A DNA stretch of 64,000 nucleotides, from positions 183,954,001 to 184,018,000 of the forward strand of contig OZ024741.1 in NCBI GenBank assembly GCA_964016885.1. Direction: 5' to 3'. The DNA comes from Eledone cirrhosa (Eukaryota). Position 1 is the first letter of the stretch, and each line of letters starts with the position of its first letter. The translations under genes and the position numbers were made by a program. A model generated the notes under the pieces. That model worked only from the letters and a program-made list of their open reading frames with translations, was not told where the DNA came from and made no database searches. Positions 13,223 to 29,102 of this stretch are shown here, in pieces.

Positions 13223-13240
13223 ATCTATCTAGCTATCTAC
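12975..13240. repeat. (ATCT)n microsatellites
   Basis: Two ATCT arrays separated by about 100 bp. Confidence 0.9.
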
Positions 13241-13381
13241 GTATTTGTCTGTATGTATGCATATGCATATATGAACGTATATATGAGCACATTTGTGTAT
13301 GTGTATTCATATATATATATTTATATATATATATATATGAGTGTGTGTGTGTGTATATATATATGTATGTATATGTATATA

Positions 13382-13419
<38 letters not shown>

Positions 13420-13724
13420 TATATATATATATATATATCATATCATATATCATATATAATCTTTCAGTTTTACTTCTCCACATAAATACATATAAAAGTA
13501 AATATGAAACTGAAGAAAAGAAAATGAGGCCAGACCACATAACATACAGCTACAGATATACATACACAATTCAAATACATATATACATATATGTGAGTAT
13601 GTATATTGCACATATACATACACACACAGCTATAACAAGTGTTATATATATATATATGATTATGTATGTTGTACACACACACACATATATGTATATATGA
13701 GTATGTATATTGAACATATACATG

Positions 13725-13811
<87 letters not shown>

Positions 13812-14832
13812 ATACACACACACACACTCATACACAGACACACACACACATGTATATGTGTCTGTTTGCGTGCATACTTATATACATGCATGCGCACGCA
13901 ATATAATGACAATGAAACTTCAAAATAAATGAGAGTAAAAGACTAGAGTAATAAAATACATGAAAAGTAAACAGGAGAACGCAACAACTCCAACACTCCC
14001 CCTACCGTCTACTATCAATACTAAATCTCTATCCCCACACCTCAAACACCACACATCTGAAAGCGCCACTACACCATATTTCCATCCCTACACAGTGAAT
14101 ACATCTCCAATACCACATATCCAACAGGAGCCCCTCCTAATATCACCACCCCACTATTACTACCCCACTAACTTCACCAACACCAACACGCTAATATCAA
14201 CAACAGCAATATCAACAATAGCAACAATCACATAACTCAATCTAACTGTGTATCGTTTTATTTTTATCTTGTTTTATCACAGGTCTATAAAAGTAAATAT
14301 CCATTTTGTGAGTTGGTCACTCACTACTCACGTGATTGTTTTTAGAGTGGGAAGGGAGGTAAGTCAGGCAGAGTGACAGGAAGAGACGAACAGCCAAGCA
14401 GACAAGGACACACTAGAAAGAGAAAGAAAAGTTCTAGAAAATGAAAAAAAAAAAAAAAATACCAAATACACAACACACGCATACACGTACATACACACAC
14501 ACGCGCACACCCACACCCCCACACATATATATATATATATTGAATGGAAAGAGCAAAGAAGGAAAAAAATGGAAAGAAAGGAAAAATAAGAGAATTGAAG
14601 AAGATTTATACATACACAAGCCTGGTTTCTATGGTTGACACCTTTCACTTGCAATACCATTTAACATATTTCACCATTAAATAAAACCTAACCCCACCGA
14701 TTTTTGTTGATCGTACAATGCCTAACTGTTGCTAAATGAAAACTTAATTAATAGTTGTTATGGTTAACAATATAACAGAAATGTATCCAGAGACTCAGTT
14801 TTGGTGACGCAATAGAACCATTTTAAATAATT

Positions 14833-15800
14833 GGTTCTACTTTAGGCACAAGGCCAGAACATTGAAGGGGAGGAGAAATCGACCCCAGTGCATTACTGGT
14901 GCATTACTTATAGACACCCCTTAAGGATGAAAGGCAAAGCTAACCTCCGCAAGATTTGAATTCAGAATGTAAATAGTCGTAAATCGATGCTGCAAAGCAT
15001 GGTGTCCGGCGCTCTACCGATACTGCCAAATCCATCTTCCTCAATTTTAAATCATAATCAATAAAAAAAACAACAACCCAGAAATCAAAATATCTGCCAC
15101 ATTATAAACCCTCAGAAGAATGAAAGGCAAAATAGACGTTAGCGGGATTTGAACTAGGAATGTCAATAAGCACAAGATGTACGGAAAACCATTTTCTCCG
15201 AAATTCTAACGATTCCACCAATACGATGCCCTGTACTTTCTTGCATAGGCACAAGGCTAGAAATTATAGAGAATCGTTTAGTCGATTAAATCAATCCCAG
15301 TACTTAACTGGTACTTTATTTTATCGACCCCCAAAAGGATAAAAATCAAAGTCCTCTTCGATGAGATTTGAACCCAGAACGTAGAAAGCAGTACCTGAAT
15401 ATGTTCCTGATTTAGGTAGAAGCCCCAAAATTTCTGGGTAGGGAAAAGTCGATTATATCGATCTAGTGTGTCACTGGTACTTTATTTTATCGACCCAATA
15501 AGGATGAAAGGCAAGGCTAACCTCGACGGGATTTGAATTCAAAATCCCGCTGAGGTTAGCTTTGCTGATCATCAACAAACTTTGAATCTGAGATTTGTCT
15601 TTATGCGGATGCACGGGCATTTTAGACAGCGAATTGGCAGAATCGTGTGGGAGTGGGACAATATACCATGCAGTGTTTATTCCGGCTCTGCACTCTGGTT
15701 ACAAATTTCGCTGGAGTCAACCTTGTCTTTCATTTTTCTTAGGTCAACAAAATACATATTAGTTCAGGGCAATTATTTAGCAGAATACTTAAAGCGTTGG
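14833..15800. mobile_element. Cluster of 5-6 decayed tRNA-SINE copies, mostly minus strand
   Basis: Repeated GGATGAAAGGCAAAG..GATTTGAA and CTGGTACTTTATTTTATCGACCC motifs. Confidence 0.75.
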
Positions 15801-16327
15801 TCGAAATGCCTTACAGCATTTGTTTCGGCTCTTTGCGTGATGAGTTTAGGCTCAATTCGTCGCCTGGTTTAACACATTCATCTGGCTTTTGATTACATTT
15901 AGCTGAGTTCAGTCACTTGTAAGTATTCAGGCAAGGGCTCTAATTTGAGGATAGCCATCTCCTCACCTCCAATTACTCTTGCATGCCCTGAGAATGAAAT
16001 ATCGCGACATGGATGATGCCTTCCTTTACGTGAATAAATCGTTAAAAGCACAGGAGTTAAACCATGGTGTACTTCGGTTTTCTTAGACCTCTTCGATAAA
16101 GTGTATCTTAGATGCATAGTACACATGAATATGCATAAATATTAGCATATTTAACGAAATAAACAATAGAGTTAATCGTGTTGTATTTTCTAACCTGTTA
16201 ATATGAAATACCAAGATAGGAAGTGAACTTGTAAATTAAATAGATTTTGTTAAATACTACGTTACATTTTGTCCGGCACTTTAGGATTATATGAAGAATT
16301 AAGATAAAATGATAGATACACACGCAC

Positions 16328-16464
<137 letters not shown>

Positions 16465-16679
16465 CAGACCTGTCAACTCTCAGCGTCCGATGGGGAGATC
16501 TCCCACCCGCTTTGGAGTGGGTGAGAGATATGTTTTCTCTTGTGAAAATGGGGTATAGCTTTCATTATGTACCATTTTGCCTCACTTTGGTCATTTTCAT
16601 TATGTACCATTTTGCCTCACTTTTGGGCACTTTTTTTCATGGTACTCCCCGTTTAGGTTTTTAGAAGTTGGCAGGTTTG
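16465..16679. mobile_element. hAT-like MITE in a (CA)n tract
   Basis: TIRs CAGACCTGTCAACT / AGTTGGCAGGTTTG; flanks ACACGCAC / ACACACAC are compatible with an 8-bp TSD; internal tandem duplication TTTCATTATGTACCATTTTGCCTCACTTT. Confidence 0.7.
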
Positions 16680-16709
16680 ACACACACACCCACACACACA
16701 CACACACAG

Positions 16710-16805
<96 letters not shown>

Positions 16806-17991
16806 ACATATATATATATATATATATACAGACACTCACAGGTACGGATATATATTTGTGATTTGTTTGTGTGTGTTTGTATTTATGTTTACACTTCTTA
16901 ACAGATGGCGTTGTTCAATTATTACCCGATATTTAGTTGTTTCCCAAATCTAGATTAATATAACAAGTACCAGATTTCAAAAAATAAGTAATAGCGTCAA
17001 TATGATCGGCTGCGCGCTTCAATGTAGTGGCTAAACAATACCACAGACCAACGTTGACTGACACGAGTAAACATGGATAAAACAAATACCAAACGAACAA
17101 CATAAAAGAAAACAAGACAACACAAACCAAACTCATTGGCAGTATAGGTAGAGAGTCGGACGCCATGCTTTCCAGCATAGTTACGTCCATTTACGATCTG
17201 AGTTCAAATCCCGCCGAGGTTAATTTTTGCCTTTCATCCTTACGGGATCGATAAAATGAAGTACCAGTAACGTGCTGGGTAATTTGCTGGCCTTGTGCCA
17301 AACGTAGAAACAATTATGTTGTAGTATCAACCAGGGAGAGTGGGAGAGATGGAGACAGTGACAGTGGGATTCTTTTGTGTTCGGACCTGGTGTATATAGC
17401 GATGTTTCAGCGAGCTCACATAACCTTAACTTATTTAATTTAACTAGACAAGAATCCATATTGTAATTGCCGACTTATCAGAGAAGATATCTCCGAATCT
17501 TCACTGAAGCAACAAATGCTTATAAATTTGATTTCTATAAAAGAACATATATTTGTAGCTTATTTAATCTATTTGAGTACATGCTTGGTACATAATTTTA
17601 TAGGCCTCGACATGACCAACAACATGGTTAGTTTCAACAGGAATTTGAACTCAGAATCTAGGAGAGATAGAATTGCGATACAAACATCGACCATACGTTT
17701 CTCAGTGCTCCACTGTAATAGCTCAGCCATATTTGCTATTCCTCAAGGGAACATCACCAGACAATAAAACTGAAACTATGGTAATATATGAGACTTGTTG
17801 ACGGACAGAATGTCAAGAAGAGTCAGTCTCGCACGAGTGTCTAAGACGTGTGTTTTAAGACGTAGAGAAGATACATAAATGTTTTTTTCTCTCCCTTACA
17901 TCCCAGGGGTATATTTTATCTCAATGTTTTATGGCTGGCTATCGGTTGGTCATTCATAATTTTATAGCTGTCTATCAATCATTCCTAATTG

Positions 17992-18070
<79 letters not shown>

Positions 18071-18537
18071 TTTTCTTGCCATAAACTTATAATTATTTTT
18101 TGTCTCCAGCGATATAACTTGAGCAAACTAAACCGAAAAGAATTGGTCGATGTATGTGGTTGGGATAGTGGTATCTATCTCTAGAATAATACGAACTGTG
18201 AAGTTATTTTGTATTGCATTGCTGTTGTTTAGCCCTAGGTCATCCAGAACACGTGTATAACTAATGACATTTTAGTCAGGATGATTCTGTATCTTTTCCA
18301 AAGCTAGTCTATCTAGAAGACAATACTCAACATGCCCTCCATTCGTTAAGATTTCATGGCTGCTATATCTAACAGGTCGAGGGAAAACATAAAGGTTTCT
18401 TCGCAAAGTTATAAATGCAGTTGTTGATGTGGTAGCTTACCAGATTCCATTTATACGACATTGGTCAACCCGGGACTATAGTAGAAGATACTCGTTCAAA
18501 ATGGTCGCGCACTTATACATATATATATATATATATA

Positions 18538-19135
18538 TTTAATACAATAACAGAGATAGTTTAAAGCTAAACTCTGACTGGTAACCATCTCACTCAACAA
18601 ACATTAGGTTATATTAAAATATAAACCCAATTTAAGTGTTTGGGGTGCTAACAATATGTATAATGTGGAAAAACCAGTTGTATTATTTTATGAGATATAA
18701 TTAAAGTTAAAGTATATCTCTCTTTCCAAACAATTGTTTCATTATAAGTTTTCTACAAGTTTGGGAGAATGTTTCCTGTTTATGTAGAAGCCTAATATAT
18801 ATTCATGTAAGAATATATTTAGGTGGGCACTTATAAATCGTCAGTGGAAGCCCATTAAACATTGATATAAGAAAACAATTTCTTACCGCTGTCAAAAATC
18901 ATGTCCGTAAAGTTGCTCTCTCTCACCTCGAATGACCGCTAAATTTGAAATTCCAGCAGTTTTTGACTGAGGAAGTATCATAGCGACGCGAAAATAATAA
19001 TATACACGCGGGTTAATTAGTTTTTTTGAAAACATTATCAATCCAACGTGTTTAAGAACTCAATTGAAAATAAAAAAATAAATATATGCTTGTATAAATT
19101 ACACACGCATATAGATATTTTCTTAGGCTAAATCA
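18538..19135 (-). mobile_element. PLE pLTR-like repeat, family E (diverged copy)
   Basis: Collinear similarity to 50181-50790; lies between TA tracts. Confidence 0.7.
18724..18849 (-). ncRNA. Type I hammerhead ribozyme, family E
   Basis: ttcca-CTGACGA-tttataagt...acttataat-GAAAC-aatt-GTT-tggaa; stem III ACAATTGT is a palindrome. Confidence 0.8.
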
Positions 19136-19176
19136 GAAGTTGTACCCGAATAAGAACCGTTTCTCATAACCGCAGT

Positions 19177-19207
<31 letters not shown>

Positions 19208-19246
19208 TTGGGAGGGAGAGAGAGAGAAAGTGATATGGAGAGAGAA

Positions 19247-19336
<90 letters not shown>

Positions 19337-19567
19337 GGGGGGACTATTGTTGTTCTGGGAAGACAGGTTCTGTATTTTAAAGCCGCCGAATCTACAAAGA
19401 CACCCTATCCACAGCTGACAGATGTACCCGTCTATTTTAAGTTTTCTGTGTCCCACGTTTTACCCAAATGTTAATGTTGGACTTATAGATTATATCGTAA
19501 CCGATATAACCAATTTTTGAAATCTAAAGAGTTATTTAATACAGCTGGTGTGACACACACACACACA

Positions 19568-19638
<71 letters not shown>

Positions 19639-20292
19639 TCTCTCTCTCTTTCACTCTTTCTCTCTTTCTCTATCGCTCTCTCTCATTCTTTATTCTTCCT
19701 TCTGTGACTCTGCTAAATCGCCGCCTCACCGTCAATATATACATTTACATCAATGTCTCGCTAATATGAATTAAAACTGTTCTCATTAGGCCCATGCGAA
19801 TCTTTCTACTCATTGCTCACATGATAAATGCATAATGGGCGGCATATAAACGATAGAACTCATTTGTGACCAGCTCTCTCAGGCTATCAGTCACGCGGGA
19901 TTAGATATAAGACCGTCCAGAAGAGTCGAATGTAACTAAAAATAGATGCATTTTATTTTCAATCGGAAGAGGAATTCTTACGAGGAAAAAAACTGCCTCA
20001 AAGTCCCCATCATTGGAATTAACACAGGCACAAGCACGCACGTGCACTCACACACATTCACACTCGCAGGCACATGCACACACTCACACACGTAGATACA
20101 CACACGTCCACACATACTTCAAGCACGCACACACATTCACACAAGCACGCACACATAAACATGTGCATATATATATATATATCTATATATATGTGCATAT
20201 ATTTATTCGGATGTATATATATATATATATATAATATATATACAGATACACACATATGTATATATATATGTACAGATACACACGCACACACG

Positions 20293-20384
<92 letters not shown>

Positions 20385-20551
20385 TATCCAACAGTTAGTT
20401 ATGGGATCTAGTCTGCATGAAGAACTCAATGTAATCCATATGTTGATAATGTTGTAGGTTAAAATAAATGCCGGAAAACAAAAAAAATAATCAAAAGGAA
20501 AACAGAGTCATGATATAAGCTAAAACAATGAAATAAATTAATTTTTATTTC

Positions 20552-20590
<39 letters not shown>

Positions 20591-20598
20591 TAGATAGA

Positions 20599-20719
<121 letters not shown>

Positions 20720-21683
20720 AGATAGATATATGTATATATGTATATATGTATTTATATATATATATATATATTCATATACATACATATGCTTACGTACGTA
20801 CATACATATTAACATATTTACATGTAGACATTATTATTATTTCAAAGTGTAGTATTTCAATTCTCGGTTGAAGCCTCTGCTGTTCATTTCATTTCATTTA
20901 CAACAGAATCCTCTGTCAGAGAGTTATTAACGTCAAATAATCCCATTTTACCTTACTCTAAAAATGTCAACATTACCTTAACACAATCCTGCCTTGACTG
21001 AAATTGTGGCCTTAAGCAGGAATCAAAAATCAATATTTCTCGGCTTATATATATCCGATAATGGGTCTGGATGTTTGAAGCTCTAAGAAATCCTCATTTG
21101 GACAAGTGTAGTAACTCAGCTTAGTCTACTTTAGCAGGGAAAGTCTCGGTGCCCAAGGATTCTATTTGGCCTGATTCTGTCATTAAAATACGGGTTATTA
21201 CTGTAAATATAGTCATTTCAGAATTTAAATCTCAAACAATCCTTTGTGTATTTTTCCTTGAAATGAGTTTCGTGTTTGGTTTTTAAACGAACTGGATTAA
21301 GTAATCTGACAGTTAAAGATTTTCAAAAAGCATTCGCTTCTATTGAACCAGATTCCCGTTAAACTATTAATAAATCAACTAAATCCTTCTCTACGAAAAT
21401 CATTGCTATGTAAACTGTAATTTTCAAATACAATTTCTATTTGTTTGCCTGCTAATGAAGATGCTGCGTGAGTGTATAATTTCACCTGCTTTAAAAAGAG
21501 AAAACTATAGTTCTTTGTCTATTTTTAGAATCGCTGAGTGAGTCAAGAATTTTGAATTTAAAGTTAACAGCTTCAACGAGTGTTTTTAACGGCGAAAAAT
21601 AGTTGAAGTTGGGCATTTAAAATCAATAATACAAACATACATACATACAGCTATACAAAGTTAGATGGATAATCACTCACACA

Positions 21684-21776
<93 letters not shown>

Positions 21777-21784
21777 ATATATAT

Positions 21785-22610
21785 ACTAACTGAGGTACCC
21801 GGTAATACCCGGGAGTGGGATATTCCCAATTCCCATTAAAACGCCCTATGCCTCTCAGACCAAAAGTGAAATCAAAATATAGGACAGATAATGAAAAGCG
21901 AAGACAAATTCATTTACGAAACAATAATACAAACAAATATTGTTGATTGCATTGGTCAGGCGAAAAAAAGTTTGTCAGAGAACTTGAGTGTTGTTATAAG
22001 GAAAAAAATAGAACCCCCCTTAGGGTATCTTAATTTTATTGAAATTTGCTGAAATTTTGTGAATAGGCATCATATCTTGTCCTTTACGTATTGTTTAAAT
22101 TTCATATAAATCGAAGGGAAAAATCTTCAGCGAGGGTTTTCAGCGGGGTTTTGTGCCCCGGGTAACCTTTTCATTAAACTTATTCAAGTACCCTAGTCAA
22201 TGTAGTTTCAGAATATATATGGTTGTAGAGGTCTATCTCCAAAACCATAGGAGGAGTTCGTCGAAATCTTGTTCCATTTATTGGCCAACATTTTTACTAA
22301 AGGGGGTTTAACTCCCATTAAGGTGTCTTAATATAATTGAGATTGGCTGTAATTTTGTGAATAGGCATCATATCTTATCATTTACCTATGGTTTAAGTTT
22401 CATATAAATCGAAGGGAAACAATTTTCAATGGGGGTTTTCAGCGGGGGTTTGAGCCCCCGGGGAACCCTTTGATTAAAATGGAATATACGTAAGAAATCA
22501 AATGGTCATGAGTCCCACGCACGTGTCAAGTTTCATCAAGATCGGTTTGGTTGTTTTTGAGTTTTAGGTTCACAAACAAACACACACTCAAACAGACAGA
22601 AATTGCCACA
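21785..22610 (+). mobile_element. Helitron/Helentron-associated non-autonomous element (DINE-1/HINE-like)
   Basis: Starts ACTAACTGAGGTACCCGGTAATACCCGG; internal duplication with period about 300 bp (22010-22180 vs 22310-22480); AAGTTTCATCAAGATCGG motif followed by ACAA/ACAG microsatellite; inserted at TA. Confidence 0.6.
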
Positions 22611-22741
22611 CACACACACACAAATATATATATGCATTTTTATAAAACCCACGAGCGGAAAACTGAAAATTGAATTAGAAGATCTAATATTCTAATACAT
22701 AAAACTTCTGAACTGGAAATGATGGGCGCACGCACGCACAC

Positions 22742-22884
<143 letters not shown>

Positions 22885-22924
22885 GGCTCCAAACTCTGCT
22901 AAGAGTATTGCAATCGCTTGTCAA

Positions 22925-23370
22925 ATTATAGAGTTTGGTGCACTTTTAGGCTCGGGCCAGTCACACGGACCTGTAACATATCCTGAACAAGGTTTTTTAA
23001 GTGGTGAAAGGCCTTGCTCTAGACCAATCCCACTCTCTGAACTTCGAAAACACTGCCTGAAAAGGAGAATTGGAAAACATCATCGGACGCTTCCGAAGGC
23101 ACAGGTTTTATTTTTCAGAGTTACCCTCTCCTAGAAAGGTGTAGTGGGCCTTTCACTCACAGGTGAAAAAAACCCCAGAAAATGTTATTCGGATGGCCGT
23201 TGACTCTGCCAAGGTCCTCCGCCTTTTGATGAGTCTCCTTTTTCATCCCGCAGGGTGTCCAAATATCACCCTCGTCACCAAGCTAGCTTAGTGGTGTTGC
23301 CGGTCCAGTCGCCGACGACCCGACCATGAGACAGGTAGTACTGGGTTACATGTTACCAGAAGCACTTGTG
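22925..23370 (-). mobile_element. RTE-type LINE 5' UTR-like fragment
   Basis: Minus strand CTTGGTGACGAGGGTGA..GTCAACGGCCATCC..CTAGGAGAGGGTAACTCTG; paralog at 25150-25538. Confidence 0.45.
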
Positions 23371-23379
23371 AGCAATCTG

Positions 23380-23463
<84 letters not shown>

Positions 23464-23558
23464 CGTTTCTGAATTTGTTTAGCAAGATTCTTTATCTGAA
23501 ATCGTGTGTTGAAACCGATATTGTTATTCTTATTGGCAACATGACCCTCCCAAAGTAT

Positions 23559-23601
<43 letters not shown>

Positions 23602-23826
23602 TGGTTACACAACAGTTAGTTCACCATACCGAGAACAATTGTGTCACCTTAGCGGATCCTCAGATCGGAATGGGCATGGTTATAGGAACAGGAAGGTCAA
23701 CACCATGGTGAACTAACTCTTGTGTAACCACTTCTACCTAACTCGTCCCATCGACTGAGTGCTCTACCACTACGGATATTACCTTCCAGTGTTCCACCAC
23801 TATATATATATATACTGACTCCATTG

Positions 23827-23942
<116 letters not shown>

Positions 23943-24236
23943 GTTTCTACTTTAGGCACAAGGCCAGCAATAACCCAGTTCATTACTGGTACTTTATTTT
24001 ATCGACCCCGTAGGGATGAAAGGCAAAGTCAACCTCGGCGGGATTTGAACTCAGATCGTAAAGGGACGTAAGTATGCTGGAAAGCATGGCGTCCGACCCT
24101 CTACCGATACTGCCAATATATTGCAATGGAGTCAGTATGGGCACAAGATTTGGATACGGCCTTATTGAAAACCTGAAGCAGGCGACCAGAGAAGCATTTG
24201 TAATTAAATAACACCATTTTGTAATGGAGTTATTAA

Positions 24237-24303
24237 AGGCTGAAGATCTGAGGGCCGTTCTAGAGGAAATCTGAAATAGCCGACTTGAGAAACAGTTGTA
24301 CCT
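24237..24303 (+). ncRNA. Type I hammerhead ribozyme, family F
   Basis: agg-CTGAAGA-tc...ga-GAAAC-agtt-GTA-cct, followed by AATAAA. Confidence 0.6.
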
Positions 24304-24350
24304 AAATTTTGTAATAAATATCTATATACCATAACACTTATATATATATA

Positions 24351-24658
24351 TCGGCAGACCTCGCAGGGACTCTATATCTTTATGATGTATTGTTTTTGTT
24401 TATGCCACGAAACTACGTAGTCGAGGAATCTAGGAGCAGTTTAGGTATGATACATTTTATTACTAATTATATCTAAATGTTTCTTCTCTCTTCATAATGT
24501 AATTTTAACTCTGATACTGGTTCAGTCTAGTTCAACCGGATTGGTCTGTCCCGGTCATTCATTGAGCAACATCGGTGAGGTTGGCACCCTTAACTCACGG
24601 TTGGGTGTGGATGCATTCATGTATATGTGTGTGTCCGCATGTATCTGTGTGTTTCTAA

Positions 24659-24665
<7 letters not shown>
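24351..24665 (+). mobile_element. Truncated copy of the 590-bp family M unit
   Basis: Matches about 61721-62035 with substitutions; retains GAAACTACGTAGTCGAGGA. Confidence 0.85.
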
Positions 24666-24711
<46 letters not shown>

Positions 24712-24896
24712 TAAAATGTACGTAGTAAACACCTGCTCGAGCATTACTCACCAGAGTACTCCATACTTAGGATAGTAGAGTGTAGTAATATGAAAGAGTC
24801 GGGACACCGACGGCTGAACTCTTGCCGTTTCAACGGCTAGTTCCAAACTGTCTGGAACTATAGCTCAACTGTCTCGACTCTTTCATACACACACAA

Positions 24897-24928
<32 letters not shown>

Positions 24929-26194
24929 ACGCACACGCACACGCACACATACACACATACATACATACATACATACATACATACATGGTGGCTGCCAACT
25001 CGTTTTCGAGTACGGCCACTACTTTATATCCATGTAGGAGAACCCCTACCGATGCGCTGAACGAGTGTGACTTTTTAGTCCAGCCAGCGACTTGAAAACT
25101 CTGGTACAAACACTACACTTGTGACAATTACTGACACATAGTGCTGGGCCCATGGTACCACGTGACGACAAGTGCAGAGAGATCTCCAGATATAAAGCAA
25201 TGCCTGTGCCGTGAAGCTTTTATAGTGAGCAAAGGCACTGCACAAAGCCAGTCCCACTCTCTTAACCAAGATGATATTTACCAAAAAGAAGAACAAGTCA
25301 ACATCATTGGATACCATCAGGGTTGCAGGTGCTATATCAGAGTTTTCCTTCTCCTAGAATTCTGCCTTGACAAAGGCTAAGGGGTCATCTCTCCCGGTGA
25401 TTTTGGATGGCCATTGACTCTTAAGAGCTCCTTTGCCCTTTGACAGGTTTTGTTTTTAGTCCTGCAGGATGTCCAAAGTCACCCTCCTCACCAAGAAACC
25501 TTGGTGGGGTTGCCAGTTTAGTCGCCAACGACCCGACCATACATACATACATACATACATACATACATACATACATAGTTATTTATTTATATATTTATTT
25601 ATTTATATGCATGTATACATGCACACATATGTATTCATACGCACACACGCATATATATGTGTATGTGCTTGTGTGTGCGTGCATATTCCTAAATGGTATT
25701 ACAAGATTCATGAACTATCATTTTTTAAGTTTGTATGCGAGTGTGTGTATGTGTGTGCGTACATATGTACATATTGGACATTGTGTAGAAGCCTGCTAAT
25801 GAGCCAATGGAGAGAACGAGAATAGAAAAAGAGAGAGAAAGAAACCAAGGCAGAGAAAAATAGAGAGAAGGAAAGAGAATAACGGGTTGTTCAGATATAT
25901 AGAAGTCCCTACTGTGTCAGCAGACAATATCCCAAGAGACTTTGATAGGACGGTGCCCATAAAACTGGTGCCACTGAGTAAAGTACTTGAGGGAAATGGG
26001 TCTATGTATGTTTTTTTTTTTTACATATATAGTGAATTTGTGTATGTGTATATGTATGATATTATAATACATACACGCATATACACTTATACGCATATAT
26101 ATATATACACACACATACATACATACATATATATATATATACATATACACAAACAAATGCATTATATATATATATATATATATACACATATATA

Positions 26195-26232
<38 letters not shown>

Positions 26233-26822
26233 TTATATATATATATGTGGGTGTGTGTATGTGTGTGTATGTGTGTACATACGCACACATATACAATATA
26301 CACACGCAATACACACGTACAGTATGTGTATGTGTCTATGTATTCGTTTATTAAACCTGTTAGAGTGTGTGTATATAGGTGTGTGAGCCTGAACATTCCT
26401 GTCTTTGTCGTTTATTGATTACATATAGTGAATGTTAAACTGATCGAACTGTGTATATAGTTCAATGTGTGTATATATAAGGAGAAGGAATACGTGGCTG
26501 TAGTGTTGACTACCCGGTGTGGGCAGTGTTTATATAATGTTATAATGCAAGGATCGATGACTAGACACGCGATACGGGATGCGGGACGCTGGAGGTGAGG
26601 CGTGGGAAGTATTTTGTGGGATGTGGTATGTGTAGTCTGGGAGGTGGGAATTGTGATATGGGATGTTGGAGGTGTAATGTGTGAGATAGGATGTATAATA
26701 TGGGTGGTGGTAGAAGGGATGAGGGACATGCAATGGAGGAATACAATTGGGAATTGTTTGTGAAATAGCAGGTAAAATTATTGATGTAAGTAGGAGAGGA
26801 GGATGTTGTTGGCGTTGTGTTC

Positions 26823-26853
<31 letters not shown>

Positions 26854-27334
26854 GCTATTGTGGGATTCAATTGTAGCTGTTGTGTTAATATTGATGGTGT
26901 CAGTGGAGTAGCGGGGTTACGGTAGTGGTGGTGATGATAATAATAGCATTCATAATAGCGATCATTGTTCTATAGTCCAATGTCAGCTATGACTGAGCAG
27001 ATATATGATCAAAGGCTCGTCAATCGTGTCTATCGCAGCATCTTATATCTAATATTGCCAAATGAGTACAATAAGCTGTACTGAGGAGCTTTAATAAGTC
27101 CGAAACATGACTGTTGCTTTTATCCGTTGGTTTTAAAAATAAGATTAACATTTGTCTGATTTGTCTATATTGTTTAATAATTTGATCTACACATTTTATT
27201 GGAATTATCTAACTTTATTTTTGTTTTTGGATTTTAAACAGCTGTAGTGGGAATCTTATTTACTAATTGCTTGGACAAATCACAGTTAATCGTAGCTTTT
27301 CAATTCACTATATTGCATATGTGAGACTCTATTC

Positions 27335-27654
27335 CAGAGGTCCTCAAAGTGGGCACTAGCCCCCATGGGTGGGGTGGGGTGAGAAGGTCCAGGTGGCGCT
27401 GGGGTAAGGGAGCGCTAGAGATGATATAATCGTATATTAAATATCAAATATATTTTTTTTATTTTACTATATTTATATATAAATATAGTAAAATAAATAA
27501 AATATATATTTATTTATACATAGTGTATATTATATAAATTAACGATTTTATTTATTATATATTATTTACAATTTGAATATAGGCAGGTCCCACTGGAAAT
27601 AGGGTTTTACGTGGCCATGGGGGGGGGGGGGGGCAAAAAGTTTGAGAATCTCTG
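27335..27654. mobile_element. hAT/Charlie MITE with 8-bp TSD
   Basis: TIRs CAGAGGTCCTCAAA / TTTGAGAATCTCTG; TSD CTCTATTC / CTCTATCC. Confidence 0.8.
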
Positions 27655-28495
27655 CTCTATCCTATGTGTATTTTGTATGCAGAATGTTCATCTGAGGTAT
27701 TTTCAGGCAGCCACTACTGTTCAACTTTATGATCCCAACTTAAGATGTGATTTGATTGAACTTGATTACCATTTCGAATAGGTCGAGCGACAACGCAGAG
27801 ACTCTCTCGTTGCTGTTGTTATTTAAAACTGTTAATTATGATTTGAAGGTTTGGTTGCTATTTCTAACAGATCAAGTGAATGCATAAGGGCTTGGACTGG
27901 ATGGTGGCGATTTTGGCGTTTAGTTAGTTCAGCTCGGACTGATTAAGCAAATGGTGAAATGTCAAAATTAAATTGTTTATCAATGTGTGTGATGAGGTGG
28001 GGGTAGGACTTCCTTTTAAGGCGTTTTTAACGATATACAGTATTCTGTGATTAGATAGAATTAGAATTGCTAGTAACAGTTGTGTTGTGATTGGTGATGG
28101 TGAAGTTGATATTGAGAATGCAAGCATTGAAACAAGATACACGAGGTCCGTGTATTTTCAATGCTACCTGCTGTGGTATGAAAATGATTTAAAATATGTT
28201 TCCATTGATTATGAAAACATAAATATGTGTTTTTCTATGTTTTTATAAACATGTGTTGTTATAAATATGTGTTTTCAAAAATATTAATTGAAAGTTAATA
28301 ACTTTCACACCCACCACAGTGATATTCCACCAGCAGAAGTACTGATGGTTTATATCAGGCCACCAGGAAAAAGATACATAACATTCAGTCTACTTAACTG
28401 TAACATGTGAACATGGAGTAGGTACATATAAATCAGTAACATCTGGTGTCGAACGTTTTGCCATGTTTTCTTTTCGTGTCGAGAGAGAGAAAGAT

Positions 28496-28576
<81 letters not shown>

Positions 28577-28904
28577 GAGAGAGAGAAATAAGATACTTAA
28601 CGAGAGAGAGAGAGACTCTCCATGGTCGCTTGACCTTTTAGAAATATTAGCCAAATAACTCTTATGTCACACCCTACTGTTTTTAAAAACGTAAGAGTAC
28701 AATAAATAATTTGACAGTATAGTTAAAGATGGAATGGATTTGACCATAGCTCTGTTCGCTCAAGATTGACCTAGGGCTAAATGACAACAGGAACTGCAGT
28801 ACATGATCATCATCATCTGCAAATGTCAAATCTGCGAGTTGAATGATCACCAACGGCCCTCTTCAGCGTAGCGTAGCTAACTTTCAGAGAGTGAGGATAA
28901 AAAT

Positions 28905-29102
28905 GAAATCGGACCCAATATTTTAGTAGAACTTTATTTATTGACTCCGAAAAAAATAAAAGCCAAAGTTGACGTCAGCGGAATTTGATCTTGTTAGGCA
29001 CGATGGAGGCTCCACATGATCGCTCAGAAAGTGAAGAGAGCCGGAACAAATACTGCAAGGCATTCTATCCGGCACTTTAACCACTCTATCAATTCGCCGC
29101 CT
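28905..29102 (-). mobile_element. Decayed tRNA-SINE with internal insertion
   Basis: GCCAAAGTTGACGTCAGCGGAATTTGA and CCGGCACTTTAACCACTCTATCAATTCGCCGCC. Confidence 0.55.

Noticed and set aside
14283-14307. 25-nt micro-exon (pyrimidine tract-cag ... gtgagt)
   Set aside because: Splice-like signals alone are expected by chance in 64 kb; no corroboration.
20830-21620. Possible decayed LINE ORF1 on the minus strand
   Set aside because: No identifiable motif after manual translation; many stops.
25890-26005. Short unique open segment (YIEVPTVSADNIPRDFDRTVPIKLVPLSKVLEGNGS)
   Set aside because: Weak acceptor and no recognisable homology; cannot be supported.
27078-27113. Additional hammerhead-like motifs at 27078-27113, 39636-39700, 6791-6848 and near 40170
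   Set aside because: Core or stem I is disrupted (e.g. GAC instead of GUH, ATGATAA core, unpaired stem I). Probably dead relics; not called as features.
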